In this document: positions 9,668-19,443 of the stretch, one piece after another
How positions within the stretch are numbered: the first letter of the stretch is position 1
Layout of the letters: each line of letters opens with the position of its first letter
Assembly (NCBI GenBank): GCA_043744535.1
Contig: JAYTVJ010000112.1
Coordinates: 1-58,169, forward strand
Source: Arenimonas sp.
GTDB taxonomy: Bacteria; Pseudomonadota; Gammaproteobacteria; Xanthomonadales; Xanthomonadaceae
Reading direction: 5' to 3'
DNA length: 58,169 bases
The notes under the pieces: generated by a model
Seen by the model: the letters and a program-made list of their open reading frames with translations, nothing else
Database searches by the model: none
Told to the model about the DNA's origin: nothing
Translations under genes and position numbers: made by a program

Positions 9668-9769
9668 ATGGCCAAGAGCATGGATAAAAAGAAGAAAGAC
9701 CCAATGAAAAAGCCCGAAAAAACCCTGAAAGAAAAACGCGCGGACAAAGCCGCCAAGAAAAAATCTTGA
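9668..9769 (+). CDS. Small Lys-rich protein (33 aa), absent from the ORF track
   Basis: AAAGGA SD then MAKSMDKKKKDPMKKPEKTLKEKRADKAAKKKS*. Ends 8 nt before the msrB ATG. Confidence 0.72.
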   Translation: MAKSMDKKKKDPMKKPEKTLKEKRADKAAKKKS

Positions 9770-9777
9770 GTAGCACA

Positions 9778-10218
9778 ATGCTCGATTGGTCGAAAATTAG
9801 CGCCTTAGCCTATAAAGGCAATTTGCCGGCCTCTCGACACGTGCAAAAAAGCGAAGCCGAGTGGCGCCAGCAACTTAGCGAAGAGCAGTTTCGCGTAACC
9901 CGCCAACACGGGACTGAGCGGCCGTTTAGCTCGGAAATTTGCAGCTTATTTGAGCCCGGACTTTATGGTTGCGTGTGTTGCGGCAATCCGTTATTTGATG
10001 CGCAGCAGAAGTTTGAATCCGGCACCGGCTGGCCGTCTTTTACCCAGCCGATGACTGAAAACGCTATTGCCTACATTAGCGATGAATCACACGGCATGCT
10101 GCGCATTGAAACGCTGTGCAATGTTTGTAAAGCCCATCTGGGCCATGTGTTTCCCGATGGCCCGGCGCCTAGCGGCTTGCGTTACTGCATGAATGCTATA
10201 GCACTGCAAAAACTTTAA
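9778..10218 (+). CDS. msrB: Peptide-methionine (R)-S-oxide reductase
   Basis: GTERPF, CVCC, KFESGTGWPSF, CNVC, HLGHVFPDGP, RYCMN. ATG 9778 preferred to TTG 9766. Confidence 0.95.
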   Translation: MLDWSKISALAYKGNLPASRHVQKSEAEWRQQLSEEQFRVTRQHGTERPFSSEICSLFEPGLYGCVCCGNPLFDAQQKFESGTGWPSFTQPMTENAIAYISDESHGMLRIETLCNVCKAHLGHVFPDGPAPSGLRYCMNAIALQKL

Positions 10219-10244
10219 GGCCTTTTGATGGCCCGTTATTGGCT

Positions 10245-13196
10245 TTAAATCGCCACCACTTGATTGCGGCCTTGATGCTTGGCTAAATACAGGTTTTCGT
10301 CGGCTTTGGTCAGTATTTTTTCATGATGCAACAAAGCACCACGCTCGGTTAAACCAATGCTAACGCTTAAGGCAAGGCCGGGCGCAAAATCGTTGCAATC
10401 AATCGCTTGTATAGCTAAGCGGACTTTTTCGCATTTTTCCAAGGCTTCTTGCAAACTTTGCTCGGGGAATATCAAGGCAAACTCTTCGCCGCCCCAACGT
10501 GCGCATAAATCACTGCCACGCCAGCGGCCTTGGTGCGTTTCACCCATCACTCGCTGCATGGTTTGTGCAACAAGCTTTAACGCCTGATCGCCCACTTCAT
10601 GCGAATAGCCATCATTCACGCGCTTGAAGTGATCGATATCAAGCAAACCAAAACAAAATGGCGTGTGCGTAACTAGCGAGTCGGTAAAGTGCTGCTCGAG
10701 CTTTTCATCCATATTGCGGCGATTCGCTAAGCCCGTTAATGAGTCAGTGCGGGCCAGCAACTCGAAGGCTTCGGCTTGCTGGGTAATGCGATTATTAAGA
10801 CCTTCCAGCTCAATATTTTTTTCTTGCAAACTTCGTGTGCGTTGCGAAACGATGCCACTCAACTCGCGTTCACGCGCTTTAAGCTGCTGCAAGCGCACTT
10901 GGAATAGCGCATAAATGACTAATGCCGCGAACGCAATAATGGCGGGAATAAACCAGCCACGCTGATAAAGCTTTGGCTCAATCACAAAAGCTATGCGCGC
11001 CACTTCGGTGCTCCATGCCCCAGCGCCAAGCGCTGCGCTCACATTAAACGTATAGTGTCCGGGCGGTAAATTGGTAAATTGCACGTTGCGCAGTTGATTG
11101 CGATCGACCCAATGATTATCAAAGCCTTCGAGCTTATAGCGATAGCGAATTTGCTCTGGATTGCGGTAGGTTAAGCTGACATAAAATAATTCAAGCTTGC
11201 GTGTGTTTGAGGTTAGGCGAATTTCTTTGCCATAAAACGGCATAGGCTTATCGTCAACCATCACTGATTCAATCACTACCGGTGGCGGTGTTTGACGAAA
11301 GCGCGCCAATTCATCGGGCTGAACCACGGATACGCCTTTTGCGGTGGCCACCCAGATACTGCCATCTTTAGCGCGCAATGCCGCTGGCCCAGCGCCACCA
11401 TTGCATTGTGCACTGCCCATACCATCTGCCTCAGCAAAACTTGTGCTTGCCAATTGCGAAGAACGGCCATCGGCAACGGCTTCCATTTCAGCGCGCTGAA
11501 CATAGATAACGCCGCGATTAGAAGTTAGCCAAAAATTGTTGTAGGTGTCAGTTACAATCTGAAATACGGTGGCTACTGGCAATCCATTTTTTGTGCCAAT
11601 AGCGCTAATTTTCCCGTCGCGCATTCGTAAAATGGCTCGGTCCGTGGCTAGCCACAGCGTGCCATCGGCATCCTCACTAAAGCCAAACACATCTTGCGCT
11701 GAATAATAGCTGGAAATATCGATTGAGCCGGCCTTATTTCCATCAATATAGCCCACGCCATTTGCCGTGCCTGCCCATATTCGCCCGGATTTTGATTCGT
11801 GCAAGCTGGTAATAAAATCGCGCGGCAAGCCATCGCTTTCACCGAAACGCACTAACTCGCGGCCTTTTTTCCGGTACACCCCGCGCGATGTGCCGACCCA
11901 TAAATAGCCTTTACTGTCTTCCAATATGGCGCGAATTTGCGAGCCATACAGCGGGCTATCAGCGCCTACATTTTCCAACACTTTGCCATTCTTCCAATTC
12001 ACCAAACCGGTGGAATACATACCCACCCAAATGCTGCCGTCTTTTGCCGGCGCTAAGCTCAAAATAGCGTCATTTTTTAAGCTATCGTTGCTATTAATGC
12101 TGGTAATTTTTTCGTTCGCGTATTGATTTAAGCCTCTTGAAGTGCCCATAAAAATACTGCCATCAAGCGTTTGTGCAATGGCGCGCACGTAGTTGTCGGT
12201 TAAGCCTTGGTAGTTATTCATGGTCACAAATGGCGTATCGGCAAAGCGCACCAAACCGGCATTTGTTCCTGCCCAAAGATTGCCTTCGCGATCACTAAAC
12301 AAAGAACTGACGCGATTATTAGGCAAGCCTGCGCTTGCATCTAATTGTTCCAAGCCTCGCATGCCAAGCCGCAAAATACCGCGATTCACTGTGCCCATCC
12401 AAAGATTCGAGGCTTTGTCGATGTTTAAACTGATAATCGCCTCATCGGGGAAATCGGTTTTAACTTGCTTAATTTGGCCGTTGTGCAAACTATATAAGCC
12501 ATGTTGGGTACCCAAATACAAGCCGCCTTCTGGCGCTTCAAAAAATGCATAAATTGCACCTACAGGCAAACCTTGTTTTTGCGTAAAGCTTTGTAAGCGG
12601 CCGTTTTCAATGCGCACCATGCCATTGGCAGTACCAACCCAAACCACGTTGTTGTGGTCTTGATACACGCTATACAAGCGCTCAGCAGGCAAGCCTTGGG
12701 CTTTGCCGTAACGTGTTACATGGCCGTTTGGGTCAATGCGCGATAAGCCTTTGCTTTCATGCGCTACCCAAATAACGCCTTGCTTATCTTCAATGGCAGC
12801 CATGCACTCGTCTTGAGCCAAACCTTGTGCCAGGCCGTAGGTATGCGTAACGCCATTATCGATAATGGTAACGCCGCCGCGCGAGGTTGCCACAATTAAA
12901 CGCCCATTGGCTCCAGCGCTAACGGAACGAATGCCATGATCTTGCAGACCGGGTAAATTTTTGGGGGTATACACGCGAAAATCTTGGCCGTTGTAACGCA
13001 CCAAACCTTCCCATGTTGCGAACCACAAATAGCCCTCAGGCGTCTGCGTAACGGCATTGACTTGGTTGTGTGGCAAGCCATTGCGGGTCGTCCAGGTTTC
13101 ACGCGAATAAGCCGATAATGGCTTTTTTTCTAAGGCATCAGAAGGCGTGCTCAATAACGCCAATGCCAAAGCAAGCAATACCTTCACACACTGCAT
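10245..13196 (-). CDS. Diguanylate cyclase with periplasmic beta-propeller/Y_Y_Y sensor
   Basis: Signal peptide, many GLP..N/D..G.LW.GT repeats, YRYKLEGFD, TM, coiled coil, TDSLTGLANRR, DIDHFK. RGSD I-site lies five residues before GGEEF. Confidence 0.92.
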   Translation of the reverse strand: MQCVKVLLALALALLSTPSDALEKKPLSAYSRETWTTRNGLPHNQVNAVTQTPEGYLWFATWEGLVRYNGQDFRVYTPKNLPGLQDHGIRSVSAGANGRLIVATSRGGVTIIDNGVTHTYGLAQGLAQDECMAAIEDKQGVIWVAHESKGLSRIDPNGHVTRYGKAQGLPAERLYSVYQDHNNVVWVGTANGMVRIENGRLQSFTQKQGLPVGAIYAFFEAPEGGLYLGTQHGLYSLHNGQIKQVKTDFPDEAIISLNIDKASNLWMGTVNRGILRLGMRGLEQLDASAGLPNNRVSSLFSDREGNLWAGTNAGLVRFADTPFVTMNNYQGLTDNYVRAIAQTLDGSIFMGTSRGLNQYANEKITSINSNDSLKNDAILSLAPAKDGSIWVGMYSTGLVNWKNGKVLENVGADSPLYGSQIRAILEDSKGYLWVGTSRGVYRKKGRELVRFGESDGLPRDFITSLHESKSGRIWAGTANGVGYIDGNKAGSIDISSYYSAQDVFGFSEDADGTLWLATDRAILRMRDGKISAIGTKNGLPVATVFQIVTDTYNNFWLTSNRGVIYVQRAEMEAVADGRSSQLASTSFAEADGMGSAQCNGGAGPAALRAKDGSIWVATAKGVSVVQPDELARFRQTPPPVVIESVMVDDKPMPFYGKEIRLTSNTRKLELFYVSLTYRNPEQIRYRYKLEGFDNHWVDRNQLRNVQFTNLPPGHYTFNVSAALGAGAWSTEVARIAFVIEPKLYQRGWFIPAIIAFAALVIYALFQVRLQQLKARERELSGIVSQRTRSLQEKNIELEGLNNRITQQAEAFELLARTDSLTGLANRRNMDEKLEQHFTDSLVTHTPFCFGLLDIDHFKRVNDGYSHEVGDQALKLVAQTMQRVMGETHQGRWRGSDLCARWGGEEFALIFPEQSLQEALEKCEKVRLAIQAIDCNDFAPGLALSVSIGLTERGALLHHEKILTKADENLYLAKHQGRNQVVAI

Positions 13197-13287
13197 ATAC
13201 TTCCTTTAGGTGGCATCGCGCTAATACACCTTGATATTTTTATCGCGCAGCTGGCGCTGCCTTGCTTGTCAAAAATTACAACGGGGC

Positions 13288-13500
13288 TTAATCAATAAAA
13301 ATAGACACATCTTCCACTTGTACATTTTGCCCGCATCGAATTTTTGCGGTTTTACGCAACTCTTGCTGGCCATCCACAGTTACAGCGCCACTGGCTACAA
13401 TCTGTTTACCAACGCCACCGCTGTCGCATAAGCCAACCAGCTTTAAAAGCTGGTTGAGCTCAACGTAGTCGCCTTCCAATTCAAAACGAACTGTGGCCAT
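13288..13500 (-). CDS. S4-domain RNA-binding protein (YbcJ-like)
   Basis: YVELNQLLKLVGLCDSGGVGK...VDGQQELRKTAKIR. Confidence 0.85.
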   Translation of the reverse strand: MATVRFELEGDYVELNQLLKLVGLCDSGGVGKQIVASGAVTVDGQQELRKTAKIRCGQNVQVEDVSIFID

Positions 13501-14465
13501 TAATTAAATACGAACGTACGGCGTATCGTGGTATTTTCGCCATTGCCTTGATATTTCCAGCGACGCACGGTGCTCAACACCGTTTTGTCGAACACATTAC
13601 GCGGCGATGCACTGATAATGCGCACATTGCTGACTTCGCCTGCGCCATTAATGCTTATTTCAGCTACCACTTCCCCTTTGGTACCGGCAATTAATGCTTC
13701 GCGCGGATATTCAGGCTGCGGTGTTTTCAATGGCACGATGGCGGCTTTAGCCGCAGGCGCTGCTGCAACAACAGGTGGTGGTGCAACCACAACTGGTGGC
13801 GGCGCAACCACAACCGGCGGCGGCGCTACAACGGGGGCACTGGTTGTGGCTGTTTCTGATTTTGTGCCTTCTTCCTTCGCTTTCTTAGCGGCCTCTTCTT
13901 TGGCTTTTGCTGCAAGCTCTTTAGCCTTGGCATCATTTTCAAGCTTAAGCGTATCGGCACTGGTTTTATCAAGCTCTGCCTGTGCTTGGCGACCTTTCAT
14001 TTTTTCCAAATCGGATTTAACACGCGTCAAAGAAGGATGCGTAGGATCCGCCATACGAATCAAGGCCTCTAAACGTAACGCCTCACGATCATCAAAACTG
14101 GCAATGGCTTGATCCATCCCAATAACCGCATACGGCAAAATATCCACCAAGGCTGTATCAACCGACTCATCCGGTGTTTTTGCTTTACGCTTCAGGGCTA
14201 AATAATATTCTAATGCACTATTTCCAGAAGGCTTGTACCAACGCTGCTCAATCACAGCTTTACTGGCGCGCGCGCGTAAATCTTTTTCAGGCCATTGCAT
14301 CAAGCGATCAACAGAAGTCGTGATTTGCTGTTTTTGCGTAGAAGATGGCGCGTTGGCGGCATCTTTATCTTTATCTTTATCGGAGCATCCCAACAAAGCA
14401 AAGCATAACGACATGGGCAAGCCCAAATAGATTAACGTCCGAAAATTTCCAAGTGATTTGCTCAT
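13500..14465 (-). CDS. TonB C-terminal-domain protein with lipoprotein-type N terminus
   Basis: Lipobox LLGC, helical domain, Lys/Ala- and Pro-rich linker, then PEYPREA...G.V...VRIISASPRNVFDK...RWKY. Alternative start at 14492. Confidence 0.8.
   Translation of the reverse strand: MSKSLGNFRTLIYLGLPMSLCFALLGCSDKDKDKDAANAPSSTQKQQITTSVDRLMQWPEKDLRARASKAVIEQRWYKPSGNSALEYYLALKRKAKTPDESVDTALVDILPYAVIGMDQAIASFDDREALRLEALIRMADPTHPSLTRVKSDLEKMKGRQAQAELDKTSADTLKLENDAKAKELAAKAKEEAAKKAKEEGTKSETATTSAPVVAPPPVVVAPPPVVVAPPPVVAAAPAAKAAIVPLKTPQPEYPREALIAGTKGEVVAEISINGAGEVSNVRIISASPRNVFDKTVLSTVRRWKYQGNGENTTIRRTFVFN
13765..13835 (-). repeat. In-frame tandem repeat (about 21 nt) encoding a (PVVVAPP)n linker
   Basis: Consecutive GCAACCACAAC(T/C)GG(T/C)GGCGGC units. 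Protein reads APVVAPPPVVVAPPPVVVAPPPVVA. Confidence 0.7.
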
Positions 14466-14654
14466 TTTTATGCCCGATATTTGTGATTGCATCTGTTATA
14501 GAACAATGAATTTTTGCGGTTTTGTCAACAAAATTAACAAAATCTTACCATTGGCACTCGACAAAAGGTTAAAAATCCCTTAATAATGAGTGCGTCCTAT
14601 CTTAAATGAATGAATATTCAGTATAGGCATAACAACTTAAAAAGGTGAAAAATC

Positions 14655-17597
14655 ATGATTAATCGTAAAAAACTTAGCGCTGCTGTACACAGTGCCTTGG
14701 TTTTAGGCTCTGGGGCTTTGATGGCCACCGTTGCTCAAGCCCAGGAAACCCCTAAAACTCTGGATACCGTGCAAGTGACGGGTTCGCGCATTAAACGTGT
14801 GGATTCCGAAACTGCCAGCCCAGTATTTTCTGTAAATAAAGAAGCCATCGATAAAACCGGCGCACTGACCATTGGTGATTTCTTGCAAGAAATTCCATCG
14901 GTTTCCGGCGCTGCCACCAATCCATCGGTTAATAACGGTGGTGGTACTGGCGCGGCAACCGTATCATTGCGCGGTTTGGGTGATGAACGCACCTTGATCT
15001 TGATTAATGGTCGTCGTATTGTGACTCGCGATGTCAACTCCATCCCTATGTCGATGGTAGAAACCGTTGAAGTCCTGAAAGACGGCGCCTCCGCCATTTA
15101 CGGCTCTGATGCTGTGGGCGGCGTGGTCAACTTCATCCTTAAATCCAATTATGATGGTTTAGAAGCCCGTGTGGATTACGGCATTTCATCTCGCCATGAC
15201 GGTCAGCGTCAAGGCGCTAGCATGACTTGGGGCGCCACCGGCGACCGCGGCAATATCATCATCAGTGCAAACTACAACAAGCAAGAAGAAGTCCGTGCCT
15301 CAGATCGCGAGTTCTCTTACTATGCATTGTCCTTAGGCTCAACATCCTCAACAGCTGTAGTACAGGGTGGCTCTAGCCGTGCTATCACTGGCCGTTATTA
15401 CTTAAACGCCAAAGATGCCAACGGTAATCTGTTGAATCCTGCAGTACAAAATGCCTTGATTGCACAATATGGCTGTACAAACGTTACGTTAAATCCTGCT
15501 TATTCAGGAACTTCACAAAGCGACTTCCGTTGCTTCAGTTTCGGCCGCGATGGTTTTAACTACCAAGCAGTGGGTAACTTGGAATTGACACCCTCTGAGC
15601 GTACGGGTTTATTCGTTTCGGGCAATTTTGATATTACCGACAATGTGACCGCTTATATTGATGCGTTTGCGAACAAGACCCGCTCAGCCTCGCAAATTGC
15701 TCCACTGCCTTTCGATGGCGCATCCGATGGCGTGTCATTGTCGCAATACAGCCAATACAATCCGTTTGGCGTCGACATCAAAGATATCCGCTTACGCTTA
15801 AGCCGTTTGGGCAATCGCCGTTATGAATACGTCACCGACGTTTCACAAATCAATGCCGGTCTTAAAGGCGGCTTTGCCGATACCTCTTGGACTTGGGATT
15901 ACAACATTAGTTATGGCAAAATTGGTACGAAAAACGACAACCAAGGCTACATTGACTACACAGCACTGAAACTGGCTTTAGGTCCATCAAAAAATGGCAT
16001 TTGTTATACAAATGGAACTTACACAACGGCTATTCCAGGCTGCACGCCAATTGACTTCGTTGGTAACTTCGATGCAAGCACCGCAGCAGGCCAAGCACAA
16101 TTAGCAGCATTAGGTGCGATCAGTTTGGATGTTCTGCATCGTCAAACCGAAGAGTTAAAAGGTTTCCAAGCGAACTTTGGTGGCGATTTATTTGAAATGA
16201 GCGCCGGCACCGTACAAGCCGCTGTGGGTGTGGAGTATCGCAAAAATAGCTTTAACTACAACCCGTATGATCGCGCCTTCCCAAACCCAGCAGATGATTT
16301 CCATTGCGAAATTTCTTCTGAATTATGTTCAGCGCCAACGTCGGGTGAAGTAACCACCAAAGAAGTGTATGGCGAAGTTTTGATTCCAATCACCAGTACC
16401 TTCAGCGCTTCATTCGGAACACGCTGGTCGGATTACTCCACCTTCGGCAGCACCATTAATAGCAAGCTCGGTTTGGAATGGCGTCCATCGGAACAATTGT
16501 TGTTCCGCGGCACCTATGCTCAAGTGTTCCGCGCACCAACCATTACTGACCTGTATGGCGGCGCGTTTAACACCTCTGACGGCTTTACTGACCCATGTAA
16601 CAACATTGGTGCGGCAGGCGGCGGCATTTCGACGAATCCAGCTTGTCAGAATGTCCGTCTTTTCAACACAAGCTTGCCTTATCAGCCAAATCCAAATCTG
16701 GCTAACTACAATCCGCGCTTCTCACAAACCGATTCACAGTTGAGCGCCATTAAAGGTGGCAATCCAGATTTAACGGCGGAAGAAGGCGAGTCCATCACTA
16801 TTGGTTTTGTGTATGAGCCATCATGGCTTGATGGTTTCTCAACCACTGTGGATTTCTGGTCGGTTAAGCTTGATAACGCCATTGGTAGCTACGGTACGCA
16901 AAACATTTTAGATGTTTGCTATGCTTCAACGGCCGCCAATCCTTCGCCATTTTGCTCGTTGATTAGCCGTCGTGATAATGGCGAAATCAATCTGTTATTC
17001 GACAAACGCGCGAATAAAGGCACTGTTGAAACAGCTGGCGTGGATTTAGGCCTCCGTTACAAAATGGATACCGATATCGGTAAATTCCGTTTCAATGTGG
17101 ATGCAACCTACACCGATAAATACGACGTTGCTGTGATTTTCCAAAACCAAGTACTGCAAAGCCAAGAAAATGCCGGAACCTTCTTGTCTTCAGCCAATGG
17201 CGGTGAAGGTAACTACAGCAAATGGCGTGCTTTGGCTAATCTAAGCTGGTCGAAAGACATGTTTGATATTTCTTGGAACATGCGCTACATCGACGGATTC
17301 ACTGTTGGCCATGAAGAAGTTGGTAGCTTCTGCGCCAATAAATTCGGCAATGGCGGCTTTGATAATGCCGCAGATCGTGGCTATGCGTGCCAATTGACCT
17401 TTGGTTCGTACACGTATCACAACTTCCAAGCAGGTATTAAGTTTGATAAATTCAAACTGCGCGTCGGTATCGACAATGCATTTGATAAACAACCACCACT
17501 GATCTATCAAAACAACTCGTTAAACGGTAATACCGATGAACGCACCTTTGATACTGTGGGTCGCTCGTACTGGAGCAGCTTAACAGTTGATTTCTAA
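14655..17597 (+). CDS. TonB-dependent outer-membrane receptor, Cys-rich
   Basis: Signal peptide (AQA), TonB box DTVQVTG, plug motifs LRGLG.ERTLILINGRR and EVLKDGASAIYGSDAVGGVVNFI, C-terminal Phe. AAAGGTG SD. Confidence 0.95.
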   Translation: MINRKKLSAAVHSALVLGSGALMATVAQAQETPKTLDTVQVTGSRIKRVDSETASPVFSVNKEAIDKTGALTIGDFLQEIPSVSGAATNPSVNNGGGTGAATVSLRGLGDERTLILINGRRIVTRDVNSIPMSMVETVEVLKDGASAIYGSDAVGGVVNFILKSNYDGLEARVDYGISSRHDGQRQGASMTWGATGDRGNIIISANYNKQEEVRASDREFSYYALSLGSTSSTAVVQGGSSRAITGRYYLNAKDANGNLLNPAVQNALIAQYGCTNVTLNPAYSGTSQSDFRCFSFGRDGFNYQAVGNLELTPSERTGLFVSGNFDITDNVTAYIDAFANKTRSASQIAPLPFDGASDGVSLSQYSQYNPFGVDIKDIRLRLSRLGNRRYEYVTDVSQINAGLKGGFADTSWTWDYNISYGKIGTKNDNQGYIDYTALKLALGPSKNGICYTNGTYTTAIPGCTPIDFVGNFDASTAAGQAQLAALGAISLDVLHRQTEELKGFQANFGGDLFEMSAGTVQAAVGVEYRKNSFNYNPYDRAFPNPADDFHCEISSELCSAPTSGEVTTKEVYGEVLIPITSTFSASFGTRWSDYSTFGSTINSKLGLEWRPSEQLLFRGTYAQVFRAPTITDLYGGAFNTSDGFTDPCNNIGAAGGGISTNPACQNVRLFNTSLPYQPNPNLANYNPRFSQTDSQLSAIKGGNPDLTAEEGESITIGFVYEPSWLDGFSTTVDFWSVKLDNAIGSYGTQNILDVCYASTAANPSPFCSLISRRDNGEINLLFDKRANKGTVETAGVDLGLRYKMDTDIGKFRFNVDATYTDKYDVAVIFQNQVLQSQENAGTFLSSANGGEGNYSKWRALANLSWSKDMFDISWNMRYIDGFTVGHEEVGSFCANKFGNGGFDNAADRGYACQLTFGSYTYHNFQAGIKFDKFKLRVGIDNAFDKQPPLIYQNNSLNGNTDERTFDTVGRSYWSSLTVDF

Positions 17598-17614
17598 GTA
17601 GGCCGTTTTCATTT

Positions 17615-17647
17615 AAAACCGCAGCCTTCGGGTTGCGGTTTTTTTTT
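17615..17647 (+). terminator. Rho-independent terminator after the receptor gene
   Basis: AAAACCGCAGCC-TTCG-GGTTGCGGTTTT followed by a T run. Confidence 0.9.
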
Positions 17648-17691
17648 GCCTGATGCTGATACACTTGAAAATATTGTTTGAGGAGCCGGAT

Positions 17692-19443
17692 ATGCGATCT
17701 TTGTTTTTTGCCCTAACCCTGATTATGATCAGTCCCTTGAGTTTAGCGCAGGAAAAAAATGCTGCCTTGCAGGCATTCTTCGAACAAGAATGGCAGCGCG
17801 GCCTAAGCGACTCACCGGAAAATGCCAGCTACAATGGCGACACCCGATTTAATGACCGCTGGACAGATATGAGCCTACCCGCCATTTCTGCCCGTGAAGC
17901 CGCCGATAAAGCAGCCTTGGATACCTTGCATAGTTTTAAGCGCGCCGAATTATCGGAACAAGACCAACTCAACTACGACACCTTTGAATGGCAACTTAAG
18001 CAAAATATTGCCCGTCAGCCGTTCCGTGAATACCTCATTCCATTAACCCATCAAGGCGGCGTACAAACCGCGGATGGCATCACTGAGCTTTTGGCCTTCA
18101 ATACACTAAAAGATTATCAAGATTGGCTAAGCCGTTTAAACGCCCTGCCGGTTTTAATCGATCAAACGATGGCTTTGATGCAAGAAGGCCTGCGTGTTGG
18201 CATGCTGCCACCGAAAATTCTGATGGTGCGTGTGCCGAAGCAAATCCATCAACAACTGGTGAAAAATCCAGAAGATAGTGCATTCTATAAACCCTTCATG
18301 CATTTTCCAGACAATTTTACAACTACCCAGAAAGCCGATTTGCAGCAACAGGCCAAACAAGCGATTAGCCAAAAAGTGTTGCCGGCCTACGCCAAATTGG
18401 AAAGCTTCTTCAACAAAGACTACCTGCCGAAAAGCCGCGACAGCATTGCTGCTTCCAAATTGCCGAATGGTAAAAATTATTACGATTTTCTGGCCCAGTA
18501 TTACACCACCACATCGCTTAGTGCTGATGAAATTCATGCCATCGGCTTGAAGGAAGTGGCGCGTATTCACGCAAAAATGGAAACGGTGAAAAACGAGGCG
18601 GGCTTTAAAGGCACGCTGCCTGAATTCTTTACTTTTCTACGCACCGACCCACAGTTTTTTTACAAAACGCCCGCGGAATTACTGCAAAACTACCAAGCAT
18701 TGTCCAAACGGATTGACCCGGAATTAGTGAAAGTGTTTCATATCTTGCCGCGCCTAACCTACGGCGTGCGGCCGATTCCAGCTAATATTGCGCCCGATAC
18801 CACTACCGCCTATTATCAACCCGGCGCCACCGATGGTTCACGCGCTGGATTTTACTATGTAAATCTGTTCAAGCCAGAAGTGCGGCCGAACTGGGAAATG
18901 CTACCACTGACCTTGCACGAAGCCGTACCCGGCCACCATTTTCAATTTGCCCGCGGGATGGAGCTGCCTGACATGCCGATGTTTCGCCGCACCGCCTATT
19001 TTGTGGCATATGGCGAAGGCTGGGGCTTATATGCCGAACAGCTGGGCTACGACATGGGCTTATACACCAATCCATACGACAAATTCGGCCAGCTTACTTA
19101 CGAAATGTGGCGCGCCGTGCGCTTGGTGGTCGATACCGGCATGCATGCCAAAGGCTGGAGCCGCCAACAGGCTATCGATTATTTCAAAGCCAACGCACCA
19201 AAAACCGAACAAGATATTGTTAATGAAATTGACCGTTACATTGGAACGCCTGGCCAAGCATTAGCGTACAAAATTGGCCAACTGAAAATTTCCGAATTAC
19301 GCGCAAGGGCACAAAGCAAACTCGGCGAGCGCTTTGATCTGCGCGCATTCCATGATGAAGTATTAGGCACCGGCTCGATTCCGCTAGATGCGTTGGAAAA
19401 ACATATGGATCAGTGGATTGCCGAGCAAGCTCAGGCTAAATAA
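17692..19443 (+). CDS. Exported DUF885 family protein (putative zinc metallopeptidase)
   Basis: GAGGAG SD before ATG 17692, signal peptide, HEAVPGHH, YGEGWGLYAE, RAVRLVVDTGMH, EIDRY...PGQALAYKIG. Confidence 0.88.
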   Translation: MRSLFFALTLIMISPLSLAQEKNAALQAFFEQEWQRGLSDSPENASYNGDTRFNDRWTDMSLPAISAREAADKAALDTLHSFKRAELSEQDQLNYDTFEWQLKQNIARQPFREYLIPLTHQGGVQTADGITELLAFNTLKDYQDWLSRLNALPVLIDQTMALMQEGLRVGMLPPKILMVRVPKQIHQQLVKNPEDSAFYKPFMHFPDNFTTTQKADLQQQAKQAISQKVLPAYAKLESFFNKDYLPKSRDSIAASKLPNGKNYYDFLAQYYTTTSLSADEIHAIGLKEVARIHAKMETVKNEAGFKGTLPEFFTFLRTDPQFFYKTPAELLQNYQALSKRIDPELVKVFHILPRLTYGVRPIPANIAPDTTTAYYQPGATDGSRAGFYYVNLFKPEVRPNWEMLPLTLHEAVPGHHFQFARGMELPDMPMFRRTAYFVAYGEGWGLYAEQLGYDMGLYTNPYDKFGQLTYEMWRAVRLVVDTGMHAKGWSRQQAIDYFKANAPKTEQDIVNEIDRYIGTPGQALAYKIGQLKISELRARAQSKLGERFDLRAFHDEVLGTGSIPLDALEKHMDQWIAEQAQAK

